The notes under the pieces are model-generated. The model searched no databases. It was not told where the DNA came from and saw only the letters and a program-made list of their open reading frames with translations. Below, piece after piece: positions 25,361-37,400 of a stretch of 64,000 nucleotides of DNA. Each line of letters opens with the position of its first letter. Positions within the stretch are counted from its first letter, which is position 1. This DNA is from Euprymna scolopes. Its lineage: Eukaryota. Location of the stretch: NCBI GenBank assembly GCA_053919585.1, contig CM132793.1. One strand, given 5' to 3'. A program made the translations under genes and the position numbers.

Positions 25361-25930
25361 TTTTTTTCATTTTTACTCACGTTCAACCCTAACATGGAAT
25401 ATCGCCACTTGGAGGTAAGGGACGAATATTTTGGACCATGCCGAGGAAAGATTAACAAAATGTTGGTTTATGTTACATTTAAACTTCTGCATATCAGCAC
25501 AGTCAAGGAAACCGGTAGCAGGAAAGCAATTCCAAAGTTTAGCTGTTCGAGGGAAGAAACTGTTTGAGTAGAATGAAGGGGTGTGATTTTGTTGCTAAGC
25601 GGGTTTGTCGGGGATATGTATGTCGAGGGGGCACAAGCGCAACGAGTTCAGAGCACATGCTACTAAAATACTTATAAAACAGGCACAGAGATCTAACATT
25701 GCGTCGATGGGACAGAGGTTGGAGTTTAGTTGACAGAGTGAGACCTATTAGATTGAAGACTCTTTTTTGGACCCTATCCAAGTGGGAGAGACTAGAGTTA
25801 GATCCACCAACCCGGGTGTGGCAACAATACTCGATGCATGGGCGAATGGTGGCTTTGTAAAAGTACAGGATATTCTCGGGTGTGAGTAGCCTTCTAGCAT
25901 GATAGAGGGAACCCACTTTCTTTACACAAA
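25361..25930 (-). mobile_element. CR1/L2-group LINE subfamily B 3' end
   Basis: ORF 25539-25916 reads YKATIRPCIEYCCH..LDRVQKR..LSHRRNV..LFYKYF. Confidence 0.88.
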
Positions 25931-26035
25931 CGTTTATAACGTTGGAAACTTTCCCTCAATGCTAAACATTCGATAAACGCAAAAACCTTAACATTTTCAA
26001 ACGAACTCTTATCTTTCACACCATTTTAAAATTAT

Positions 26036-26069
<34 letters not shown>

Positions 26070-26163
26070 CTCTCATTCACGACACTAATTTTGATGAATT
26101 TTACAATAAATTGTAACTCTTGAATTCACAACACTCACATTGCTTTTATGCCATTTGACACCT

Positions 26164-26533
26164 TTAACCTTTTATGGCCAGCGTAGATCTTGGTGTATTA
26201 CAAAGGCGCAAATACCATCTGTATCCTCTGCACGGAACAAATTTGGTTGACCGACTTGCAAACGCAAACTTCTGACGCAACATCGATGGCCCATCACCAT
26301 TAAACCAAAACCAGTAAAGAATACACAAGACCCCCCTCCCCCGCCGAAATGTAATAATATATGAGCCCCCCCCTCCCAAAAAGACACTTTGGATAGAAGG
26401 AAACATTGGCTAAATCAATTTGTCTTTTATAAATACGTGAAAATAAAGATAGACGAAGTTTTCTTAAATTTAATTCTATTGGTTTTAAACATGGAGAAAG
26501 AGATCGCATGCTAAATTGTCACGAAAAGGTTAA
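26164..26533. mobile_element. Possible piggyBac-type MITE
   Basis: TTAA-CCTTTT ... AAAAGG-TTAA ends with only short, imperfect inner TIR similarity. Confidence 0.3.
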
Positions 26534-27229
26534 AAAGAATAAAAGCAAATTCATTGAAAAGCAAAACTAATTTTTCGCTGATGAAAGTCGTTTGTGAAAT
26601 ATGAAAAAAAAAAACACTCGGAAATGTCAGGTTTGTTAGATTTTCGAGGAAACAACTTAGAGCGAATAAGAGGAATGGAAGGATTTGGTGTAAATAGAAA
26701 AACGGACATTCCGACTGATGCATTCATGAAATACAAATGATTTCCGTTTTACAGAGTTCAACAGGAAAAGAACCAAAATTAACTACATAGCATAAAAATC
26801 ATTTCAGATCGACATAAACCATGCAAGTACTTTATAAAAATAAATAAAAATAATTATTTGAGAAGAGATTTGTCGTGGGATGGAAAAAGGGACAACAAAA
26901 CAGAGCAAAATTGTTTCAAATACAAAAAAAAAAAAAAAAAAAAAAAAAAAAGGACCGAAAAATAAAGAGAGAGCACAAGAGAGAAGGCGAGGGAAAGAAA
27001 AGAGAGAAAGGGGCTAAAGAGAAAGTGCAAGGGAGAGCGAGAAAGAATGTGAAAACGAAAAAGTTGAAAAGAAAGAGGAGGCGAGAGAGACAGGATTTCA
27101 GAGACAGAGGCACAGAGTGAGAGGGAGATAGAAAGAGAGAGGGGTGACAGACAGGGTGAGTGTAAGAGAGAGAAAGAGAGAGAGGGAGGGAAGGGCGTGA
27201 GAGAGGTGAGTTAGAGACAGAGTATAAGA

Positions 27230-29170
27230 GAGAGAGAGAGAGAAAGACCAGGAGTGGGTGCGAGAGAGAGAGAGACCAGGAATGTGTGCGAGAGAGAGAG
27301 AGACCAGGAGCGTGTGCGAGAGAGAGAGAGACCAGGAGCGTGTGTGTGAGAGAGAGAGACCAGGAGCGTGTGTGTGAGANNNNNNNNNNNNNNNNNNNNN
27401 NNNNNNNNNNNNNNNNNNNNNNNNNNNNNNNNNNNNNNNNNNNNNNNNNNNNNNNNNNNNNNNNNNNNNNNNNNNNNNNNNNNNNNNNNNNNNNNNNNNN
27501 NNNNNNNNNNNNNNNNNNNNNNNNNNNNNNNNNNNNNNNNNNNNNNNNNNNNNNNNNNNNNNNNNNNNNNNNNNNNNNNNNNNNNNNNNNNNNNNNNNNN
27601 NNNNNNNNNNNAAGAGAGAGAGAGAGACCAGGAGCGTGTGTAAGAGAGAGAGAGAGACCAGGAGCGTGTGTAAGAGAGAGAGAGACCAGGAGCGTGTGTG
27701 TAAGAGANNNNNNNNNNNNNNNNNNNNNNNNNNNNNNNNNNNNNNNNNNNNNNNNNNNNNNNNNNNNNNNNNNNNNNNNNNNNNNNNNNNNNNNNNNNNN
27801 NNNNNNNNNNNNNNNNNNNNNNNNNNNNNNNNNNNNNNNNNNNNNNNNNNNNNNNNNNNNNNNNNNNNNNNNNNNNNNNNNNNNNNNNNNNNNNNNNNNN
27901 NNNNNNNNNNNNNNNNNNNNNNNNNNNNNNNNNNNNNNNNNNNNNNNNNNNNNNNNNNNNNNNNNNNNNNNNNNNNNNNNNNNNNNNNNNNNNNNNNNNN
28001 NNNNNNNNNNNNNNNNNNNNNNNNNNNNNNNNNNNNNNNNNNNNNNNNNNNNNNNNNNNNNNNNNNNNNNNNNNNNNNNNNNNNNNNNNNNNNNNNNNNN
28101 NNNNNNNNNNNNNNNNNNNNNNNNNNNNNNNNNNNNNNNNNNNNNNNNNNNNNNNNNNNGAGAGACCAGGAGTGTGTGCGAGAGAAAGAGAGACCAGGAG
28201 TGTGTGCGAGAGAAAGAGAGACCAGGAGTGTGTGCGAGAGAAAGAGAGACCAGGAGTGTGTGCGAGAGAAAGAGAGACCAGGAGTGTGTGCGAGAGAAAG
28301 AGAGACCAGGAGTGTGTGCGAGAGAAAGAGAGACCAGGAGTGTGTGCGAGAGAAAGAGAGACCAGGAGTGTGTGCGAGAGAAAGAGAGACCAGGAGTGTG
28401 TGCGTTAGAAAGAGAGACCAGGAGTGTGTGCGAGAGAAAGAGAGACCAGGAGTGTGTGCGAGAGAAAGAGAGACCAGGAGTGTGTGCGAGAGAAAGAGAG
28501 ACCAGGAGTGTGTGCGAGAGAAAGAGAGACCAGGAGTGTGTGCGAGAGAAAGAGAGACCAGGAGTGTGTGCGAGAGAAAGAGAGACCAGGAGTGTGTGCG
28601 AGAGAAAGAGAGACCAGGAGTGTGTGCGAGAGAAAGAGAGACCAGGAGTGTGTGCGAGAGAAAGAGAGACCAGGAGTGTGTGCGAGAGAAAGAGAGACCA
28701 GGAGTGTGTGCGAGAGAAAGAGAGACCAGGAGTGTGTGCGAGAGAAAGAGAGACCAGGAGTGTGTGCGAGAGAAAGAGAGACCAGGAGTGTGTGCGAGAG
28801 AAAGAGAGACCAGGAGTGTGTGCGAGAGAAAGAGAGACCAGGAGTGTGTGCGAGAGAAAGAGAGACCAGGAGCGTGTGCGAGAGAAAGAGAGACCAGGAG
28901 CGTGTGCGAGAGAAAGAGAGACCAGGAGCGTGTGCGAGAGAAAGAGAGACCAGGAGCGTGTGCGAGAGAAAGAAAGACCAGGAGCGTGTGCGAGAGAAAG
29001 AAAGACCAGGAGTTTGTGCGAGAGAAAGAAAGACCAGGAGTTTGTGCGAGAGAAAGAAAGACCAGGAGTTTGTGCGAGAGAAAGAGAGACCAGGAGTGTG
29101 TGCGAGAGAAAGAGAGGCCAGGAGTGTGTGCGAGAGGAAGAGAGGCCAGGAGTGTGTGCGAGAGGAAGAG
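27230..29170. repeat. 28-bp minisatellite (AGAGAAAGAGAGACCAGGAGTGTGTGCG)n spanning two N gaps
   Basis: More than 30 near-identical units at 28160-29170. Gaps at 27380-27611 and 27708-28159. GA-rich flanks. Confidence 0.97.
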
Positions 29171-29204
29171 AGAGAGAGAGAGGGAGAAAGAGGCAGAGAG
29201 TGTG

Positions 29205-29252
<48 letters not shown>

Positions 29253-30469
29253 GAAATACGAAATTAATTTAATCTGTTATCAATCATTTTAATACTGAAA
29301 AAGTTTTCACGTGTTGTAAAATGATATAAAGGAAAATATATTTTAAATTTACGTGTTTTGATTTAAATCAAGTTTGAAACGTTTTAAATTGTTTTCACGA
29401 GAAAGTATTTCTACTCTTTGAACATAAGTTGATATATTGGTAAAGGTTGGGCCATTGAAACTAGAAATTCTAAGACTCCGCGAAGAACTGAATGGTTTCA
29501 ACAGAAAACATCTTTCGCTTTTAATTTTCTAGAAAGAATACATTTAATTTGGGAACACATCATAGCAAAACATTTTTACTGCCCCCCCCCTTCATATTCA
29601 TCTAATGAAGCATGTGGGTCCACTCTTCCTTAAACTAAATGGCCTCATTAAAGTTAAGCTCAGTTGACTGTACACTGAACCAATGCAGATCTTTAAGAAT
29701 TTATTTGAAATAAAATATAAATGTTTTTTTTTTCCCCATTTTTATTTTCTGTTTGTAAAAAGAATCTTTGCAGAAAGCATCGTCAAAAAACATTTCGTCC
29801 CTAAATAAGTAAATAAAAATTCTTAGAAAAAAATCAGAGATTACAGGGAACATCACACCCATCAGAAGACGCTCCAACTTTTGTGCGAAGGAATTCCCCA
29901 TGGAAAAAGACAGATAAACCAAAACAAAAAGAAAAGAGTTAAAACAGATATCGCATAAGTGTGTGGGTGTGTGTACAGGGAAGTGGAAAGCTCCTTCCTC
30001 GAAAAGAGGGTCAATATTTCAAGTTTCGAAACTTTTGTGCTGATGTAAGTGAGAATTGCCTTTCAGCCAATGAGAGAGCAGAGATTTTAGCAGCTAAGAA
30101 GGATGGGCGGAGACATTCAAAGGGGAAGAGGAAGAGTCAGAATTTGGCGGGTGGGAAAGGTCATTCGTCTCGGGAAGTGGGGCAGAATATTTGTAGCCTG
30201 TTGCTCTCAAAATATAATCCGTTAACCGATACTTAAGCTATCTTTAAGTGAAAGCTCGTTTATGACAGTTTTTTAATGTATATTTTATTCATTCATGGAG
30301 ATAAATCTCTGCCAACAACCATTAAAAATTGTTTTAGATGCATCTACGCGTCCCTAGAAAAATGACCTGTCTATCAGTCGGTTCCCCCACCTTAACTTTG
30401 AAATCGCACTTTCGGGTAGGTTTACAATAGCCAACAGGACATAAAAAGGGGATGAAAAAATAAATATAC

Positions 30470-30954
30470 GACAAATAAATGTGACCAAAGCAAGATAAAT
30501 TACTCTTCTACCTACATAGATAAGGTTTTTGTGTAGGTTTTAACTTATTTTAAAGCGTGTATTTATTTTGAAACCAAAGTAGCCTCACGTCTATTGATTT
30601 AAATCGAAAAAAAAAACAACAACAAAAAAAAAACAATAGCGTTTTTTTTAATAGCCATTTGGTCGTTCGATAATCGCTTAAAAGTAACAAGTTAAAAATA
30701 CTGGAAGAATATAACTTTCATACGATTGATGATATATCGGATGAGTTTCTACCAATATTTTTAGTCTAATTTTCGATTTTTGAGCTACCAATGGCCCTTA
30801 CGAAACTGCCATACTATTTTCGTTCTAACTCAACAGACTTTACACTACTTTTATTTTGAAGTAATTAAACGCTTTAAAATAAGTTAAAACACAAAACCTT
30901 ATCTAGCTAGGTAGAAGAGTGACCTACCTTTGCTTTTGGTGAGATTAATTTGTC
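30470..30954. mobile_element. Foldback/MITE-like element with long inverted arms
   Basis: GACAAA..ACCAAA..ACTCTTCTACCTA..AGATAAGGTTTT..TTTTAACTTATTTTAAAGCGT is mirrored at 30845-30954. Weaker symmetry continues to the centre. Confidence 0.75.
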
Positions 30955-31124
30955 TGGTGGAGTATTCAGCTTCGTGCTGTTACTTAAGGTAATAACACTT
31001 GGAGAATGTGCATCATTCCTCGTAAAAGCCAGTGTTGGTTAGCCATATTGAGATCATATTTGGGCCGCGAATACGTGATTTTAAATAATTAGTCAGGTTT
31101 TAGTTGAAGAAAAAAAGTATCCTC

Positions 31125-31423
31125 ATACCAGATAGTTCTGACAAACCCATGCACAGATCCATGACAAATAACACCCTACATGAGAACTATTTCTTTAAAC
31201 TCCTTGGCCTAACATTCACAGGCAATATGAACTGGAACAATTACATTAAGGACATTGCGAAAACAGCTGCAAAGAAGGTGGGTTCCCTCCATCAAGCTAG
31301 AAGACTACTCACGCTCGAGAATATCCTATACCTCTACAAGGCCATCGTTACACCGATGCATGCATAATTGTTGTCACATCTGGGCTGGTGCATTTATCAC
31401 TAGTCTCCCTCTTGGATAGGGCC

Positions 31424-31454
<31 letters not shown>

Positions 31455-31860
31455 AGAGTCTTCAATCTAATAGATCCCACTTTGCCAGCAAAGCTCCAGC
31501 CCCTGTCCCATCGCCACAGTGGTGCATTTCTGTGCCTTTTTATAAGTATTTTAATGGAATGCCCTCTGATGAATTCGGTGCATTTGTGTCCACTTGACGT
31601 ATATATCGCAGACAAGCCTGGTTAACAACAAAATCATACCCCCTCACTCTTGAGGCCCCTAAATACCAGAAAGCTTTCTACTCTCATAGTTTCTTCCCGC
31701 AAACAGCTAAACTTTGGAATTCCCTTCCTGCTATCGGCTTCCCTTTTTGTACTGATATGCAGAAATTTAAATGTAACGTAAACAAACATCTTGTTAATCT
31801 TTCCCAGGCATGGTCCCAAATAGTAGCCCCTTACGATCAAGTGATGACATGTTTTATTAG
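31125..31860 (+). mobile_element. CR1/L2-group LINE subfamily B 3' end
   Basis: FKLLGLTF..WNNYIKDIAKTAAKKVGSL..LYLYKA; 3' UTR AATAGTAGCCCCTTAC. Confidence 0.88.
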
Positions 31861-32632
31861 GGATGTCAAGGTAGGTAGGAATTACTTATGAACGCATAAA
31901 TTAGATAGGATATGTAAGATATGTATAGATACAACGATTACCATAAAAAGTTGAAATAAAATGTTAACACACCTAAATATAATTGACTAAACACCTATAA
32001 AACATCAAATAACCAAGCAGTTTTGTTACGTAACGATTAACTACCAATAGCAACAGTGGATCAAGGGGTTAAACGAGGATAGGATAACACATTGGACACT
32101 TCATGGATATGTACATGTGTATACCGGTAGGAGTATATGCATATATCTTACTACAAGCAAAAATATGCCTATGTATTTATGTAGGTGCCCGATAGCCCCT
32201 TCTCCTGAGTAGAACACTGTCGCAATCCATTTCACCCACTGCTTGCTTGGCGTACATAAAGCTCTTTGTAAATCATTGTAAAAAAAAAAAAAGAAAAAAA
32301 AGCGGTATTCAAATGTTTATATAAATAGACATTTGAGGAGGCCATTTGCGTGAACCAGAGGGTAGGATTGCAGACTAATAACTTGGTTGTAGATTCGAAC
32401 TCTGGTTTGGGATGGGTGCTAGTCTAGCTACACTGAAGAAATGTGATACAGCAAAACTGTGTGGATGACTACTATATATGTGTGTGTGTGTATGCAAATG
32501 AGTATATGCAGAAAAATGTACTTATATAAATACAGTATTTCTTGATAATACTTGTATTCTATGCATGTACATTTTTTTAATGCGTGTAGAATTCTCTTTG
32601 CGCTTAAAAGATCATCCACATGGTTATATATA

Positions 32633-33003
32633 TTTTTTTTTACTCAAGTCCACCTCTAATAAAGCATATCACAACTTTGATGTAAAGGGCTACTATTTGG
32701 TACCATGCCTAGGACAGATTTACAAGATGTTGGTTTACATTACATTTAAATTTCTGCACATCAGTACAATCAGGGACGCAGGTAGGGAATTCCAAAGTCT
32801 AGCTGTTCAAAAGAAGAAACTATTAAAGTAGAAAGCCTCCTGGCAGTAAGGGCCTCAACAGTGAAAGAGTGTGATTTTCTTGCCAAGCGGGTTTGTCGGG
32901 GATGTGTACGTTGATGGGGGCACAAGTGCAACGAGTTCATCAGCACATTCCATTAAAATACTTGTAAAGCAGGCACAGAGATGCAACATTGTGGCGATGG
33001 GAT
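32633..33003 (-). mobile_element. CR1/L2-group LINE subfamily B 3' end
   Basis: Inverted homologue of 31500-31860. Confidence 0.85.
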
Positions 33004-33414
33004 AGTTCTACGATTGGCAAAACTATTCATGCGAGTATCATGTGTATACATGCATGCGTGTGTATGGGTGTGCCCCGCTGTGTACATAGTTGCACACATT
33101 TCGTCATCTACCCATAGATTAATAAAGAAAGTAAAGAAAGTATTGTTAGATCCAAACAACATGTATGTATGGGTATTTTCTAATTGTTTTTAAATTTGCG
33201 CGTGTATACCTATTTTTTGGTTTGCATAAGTTTATGTTTGCATATTTTTGTTGTGATCTCTTCTAATGTCCTTGTTTCTTGAACTGATCGATGTAAGTGC
33301 CATATTAACAGGGATAATAGTTAAGTAAAGAACACAATGCTTAAACATTCATAGGTCAAAAAGGATAAATAAGCATACTTGATAAGCACCCCTGAAAATG
33401 GATCGAGGTGGTTG

Positions 33415-33600
33415 GGTGATTGATTATTTGGGATTTATGGCATATCAACACAATAGGGTCATTTAATGACAATGTGGTACTATAAAGTGTCCAGTTTTCT
33501 AGTCTTACATAAAGTTTCAGTTATACAGTTTGCTTGTTATCCATTTGTTGGCTGGTTTTGTTTCTTTGATTTCATCAAGTTTTAATTCTTTCGTCTTTTA
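33415..33600 (-). mobile_element. Probable I/Nimb-type LINE 3' tail
   Basis: Minus strand ends ATTAAATGACCCTATTGTGTTGATATGCCATAAATCCCAAATAATCAA, which resembles I-group 3' termini. Confidence 0.35.
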
Positions 33601-33609
33601 AGTATTGTA

Positions 33610-33944
33610 GCATTTTGTTAGATTTTAGTTTTTAGAACACTTCTCTGATATTTGTTTTTTTTCACAACGTTTCGGTCGGTATAACCTCCGACCTTCTCCA
33701 GGTGTATCTTGTCGAATTTGGGAATTTTTCCGTCGAACTCGGGAATTTGGACAGAATTTCGAGCGGAACCCTTTATTTACTTCACGGGAGTAGCATGCTC
33801 TTGTTCCGTCAGCCATGACTGGATAGAGGTCCTAAGTAATTCGCAAATGTATATTTCGGTCGCCCACACTAAGGATTGAGCCTTCAAGAGAAGGTCACTT
33901 TTACAATTGATTTTTCCCAGTAATCTAACCACTGCACCACGGAC
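33610..33944 (-). mobile_element. tRNA-head / hammerhead-tail SINE-like element, best copy
   Basis: tRNA-like head 33944-33861 (A box TGGTGCAGTGG; B-like GGCTCAATCC; 3' GTGGGCG), body CATGGCTGACGGAACAAGAGC..AAATAAAGGGTT, hammerhead-like motif at 33663-33704. Confidence 0.7.
33663..33704 (-). ncRNA. Minimal type I hammerhead-ribozyme-like motif
   Basis: CAC-CTGGAGA-A-GGTCGG(AGGTTATA)CCGACC-GAA-ACGT-T-GTG: perfect 6-bp stem II, palindromic ACGT helix III, 3-bp stem I. This copy has an A6>G core substitution. Confidence 0.6.
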
Positions 33945-34002
33945 AATTCTAATATAAATTTTAGGCGCCTTAAACCTATTTTTATTTCTAGTTGTAAATA
34001 TC

Positions 34003-34438
34003 TGTAGCAGAATTAGCACTAACCGAAATGAGGGGAAATAGAGAGCTTACCTCGGATACGTCTGTTGTGTTTCGGGCTGAGTGGAAGAGAGAGTTCCAAG
34101 ATGGCGTCCATAGGTTTTTATTAGCGTTGATCCCCATGCAATTCTCGTAGAGTCGCGTCTGCTCTTGTGCGACTATGCAAATATATAATCCCCGGCTGCT
34201 ATAAAGGCATGACACTGGAAAGCAGTCAGGCAATGTCCTGCATTGTGTGTAGGTGGTTCTGGCGATTGGATTGTTCTTTGTGGCGAACCACATGTCTGCG
34301 AGGAGCGAGTTCTTTTTCTTTGTCTTCTTTCTCCACGGTTATTGCAGACAAGAAATCCCTCTCTTCTAGGGGTGGGCGATACTGATTATTTCCTATCTGT
34401 GTTCCTGATTTTCTTTTTGCCTACTACATTTTGCTTCA
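34003..34438 (+). repeat. 5' LTR of Gypsy element 1
   Basis: Direct repeat of 38149-38722; TG..CA ends; TATAAA at ~34200. Confidence 0.95.
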
Positions 34439-34456
34439 AGTTATTTCGGCCCGACT

Positions 34457-37400
34457 ATGGAAAAGGTGCAGGTAAGCAGTGATATTATCAAGCCGTTCTC
34501 TGGCAAGGGAGACGTTGTAGCATGGCTGAAAAAAGTGAGACTTGTCGCACAACTTCAGCAGGTGGATGATGTAGCGAGTCTGCTACCTTTATATCTGGTA
34601 GATGATGCACTGGCCCTCTACATAGAAATGAAGGACGATCAAAAGAAGATAGACCAGATTGAGGCCTGATTAAAGGAGGCATTTACCTATGACACGTTTG
34701 CAGCATACAGAAAAATAACTATGGTTAGATGGGCTGGCAAACGTGGGGATGTTTACGCCAACAAAATCAGGCAGTTGGTTGGATTGGCCGGATTCATAGG
34801 AGATGGCTTAGAGAAACTCACAAAATTGACTTTCATCATTGGGTTCCTTAATGCCATCTCAATTGCTCTTCAACAGGTGCTGAACATCAAAGCCCTGACC
34901 ATGGGGGAGCTTATGTCGAGAGCAAGAATTTTGATGACGACCAGGGAACAAAATCAGGATGTGGTTGCATCCAATAACAACAGGGCCTAGAATATTCCTG
35001 TAAGTGTGACCTGTTTCAAATGCAATGTTAAAAGCCACCTTGCAAAGGACTGTAGAAAACGTGGAACACAGTGTTACCGGTGAGAGTGAACACTGAGCTT
35101 GGAACTGCTCGGGAAACGAGCAAGGGGAGGATGCATAAGTGCCAGTTTCCTTCCCCACCAAGATGCAAACACAACGCTCCCAGTGATAAGCATTCATGTT
35201 GACGGGACGTGATGTTTGGCGCTTATTGATACAGGGTGCTCTAGGACGATTTTACATGCAGACCGGTGCCGGTCTTGGAGAAAAACGAACATGCATGTCA
35301 AAACGATTGGTGGAATATCCCATGCATGCTGCGGTGTTGGAGCGGTCTCTGTATCCACTGATGAAGGTGTGTGTCAGAATCAATGTGTTGGTGGTGCGTG
35401 GCAAACTGCTGGGGTTCGACTTACTTCTAGGGATCGATGCCATAAAGGCTCTGGGAGGTGTTGTCGAGCCTACAGGACCAGTGCGGCTGGGCGGCAGGAA
35501 AAATATTAAATGCACAGCCATTTCTATTAATGAACCGGATTTCACCGCCACCGTTGACTATCAAAACCGAACGTGGACCGTATCGTGGAAGTGGTCTGAG
35601 GACCACGTCCTGAAAGGTTACACAATCGAGTGTCAGAATACCCAGTGCCAGCAGAAATCTGTGAAGAATACATGCTGGAGCTCCACACCTGTATAGATAA
35701 TGGTTGGTTCGTGTCGTACCCAGAGGATAAATTGGGACTCTCCAAAGGCCTAATTCCCCTGATGGCTGTGATACAACAGAACAAAGCCAAAGTGCGCCCG
35801 GTGATAGACTACTGGGAGCTAAATCATTACGTAGACGCGTTTACGGCCAACGCAGATGTTTGTGTGGCTAAGCTGTGCGAATGGAGACAAAAAGGTGCTA
35901 ACGTGTCTCTACTGGACCTCAAGAGAGCATACCTACGAGTTCGGGTCCATGAGACACTGTGGCCATACCAGACTGTGGAAATCGACGGGAAAAAATACTG
36001 TCTGACCCATCTGGGGTTCAGTTTGAATGTGGCTCCCCTTATAATGAGAGCAATTGTCAGTGAAGTATTATCTCAGGAAGAAGTTGTAAGCTGCGCAGCA
36101 TATGCTTACATTGATAACATTTTTGTCAATGAAGACGTGGCGCCCACGACCCGTGTAAGAGAACACCTAGTGCAGTTCAGGTTGGAGTGCAAGAACCCGG
36201 AGCAGTTGAAGGACGGTGCACGGGTGCTGGGATTGGCAGTCAGGATGGAACGCAATGAACTGCGGTGGAAGCGAGGAAATGCAATTCCGGAGGCTCCCAC
36301 TATTGTTACACGACGAACAATCTTTTCCCTGTGTGGTCGACTTGTCGGGCACTTTCCGGTGTGTGGTTGGCTTCGTGTGGCTTGTGGAATACTTAGAAGG
36401 AGAGTAAGTTCAGTAACGGGGGGCTAGGATGATGAAGCAAGGGACGCCATACTGCATCATGATGTTTGAAACCTTAGAATCTGTGCAGCAGAACGATCCG
36501 CCCCAGGGAAATTGGTGTGTGGATGGCAAAGAGCTAAATGTATGGGTCGATTCTAGCTCCCTAGCAATTGGTGCAGCCTTGGAGATGCGTGAAACTGTGT
36601 TGGAAGATGCATGTTGGTTGCAACCTGAAGATGACTCAATATATCAACTTAGCCGAACTGGACACCGTATTGAAAGGCATCAATTTGGCTCTTCAGTGGT
36701 AGAGCAAGATGTTACCCATAAAAACAGATTCTGTCTGCATATACCATTGGGTCTCAGACACGCTAACTGGAAAGGCACGAGTACGCACCAAAGCAGCAAG
36801 TGAGATGTTTATTAGGAGGAGCCTAAGCACTATCAAGGAGCTTGTGAAAGAATACGGGCTGACAGTGGATGTGACGCTGGTTCCATCAGCACAAAACATC
36901 GCTGACCGATTGACACAAGTACCACAGCGGTGGTTTGAGGCAATGAAAAAGAAAAACGGTTCACACAGATGAGCTGGATGAGAGTTAAATCATGGCTATT
37001 CACAAAGGTAGTGGACATCCGGGGGTGCGACGCACTACCTACTTTGTCAAGAGAAGTTGCCCAACCACGACAAAAGCAACCGTTAAAACGGTCATATGGA
37101 AATGTGAGGAATATCAGTCCATTGACATAGTGCCAGTCAGGTGGGAAAAGGGAAAGCTGGAAGTTAACAAGAATTGGCAGAGAATAGGAATGGATATCAC
37201 GCATTATGACACCTTCCATTTTTTAACTCTAACAGACTGTGGTCCATCGCGTTTCTCCATTTGGAGAAAATTGATGAGGCAGAACTCGGCAAAAGTAATT
37301 CATCAGTTGGAGATTGTGTTCCTCGAGTGTGGCTCGCCACATGAAATCCTTTTAGACAATGATACGGCTTTCTGCAGCAATGCGTCCAAACATTTGCACA

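Noticed and set aside
27286-29272. Long ORFs (639, 543, 282 aa) rich in R/E/C
   Set aside because: Translations of a 28-bp minisatellite and N gaps. The unit is not a multiple of 3 and all frames give the same permuted peptide.
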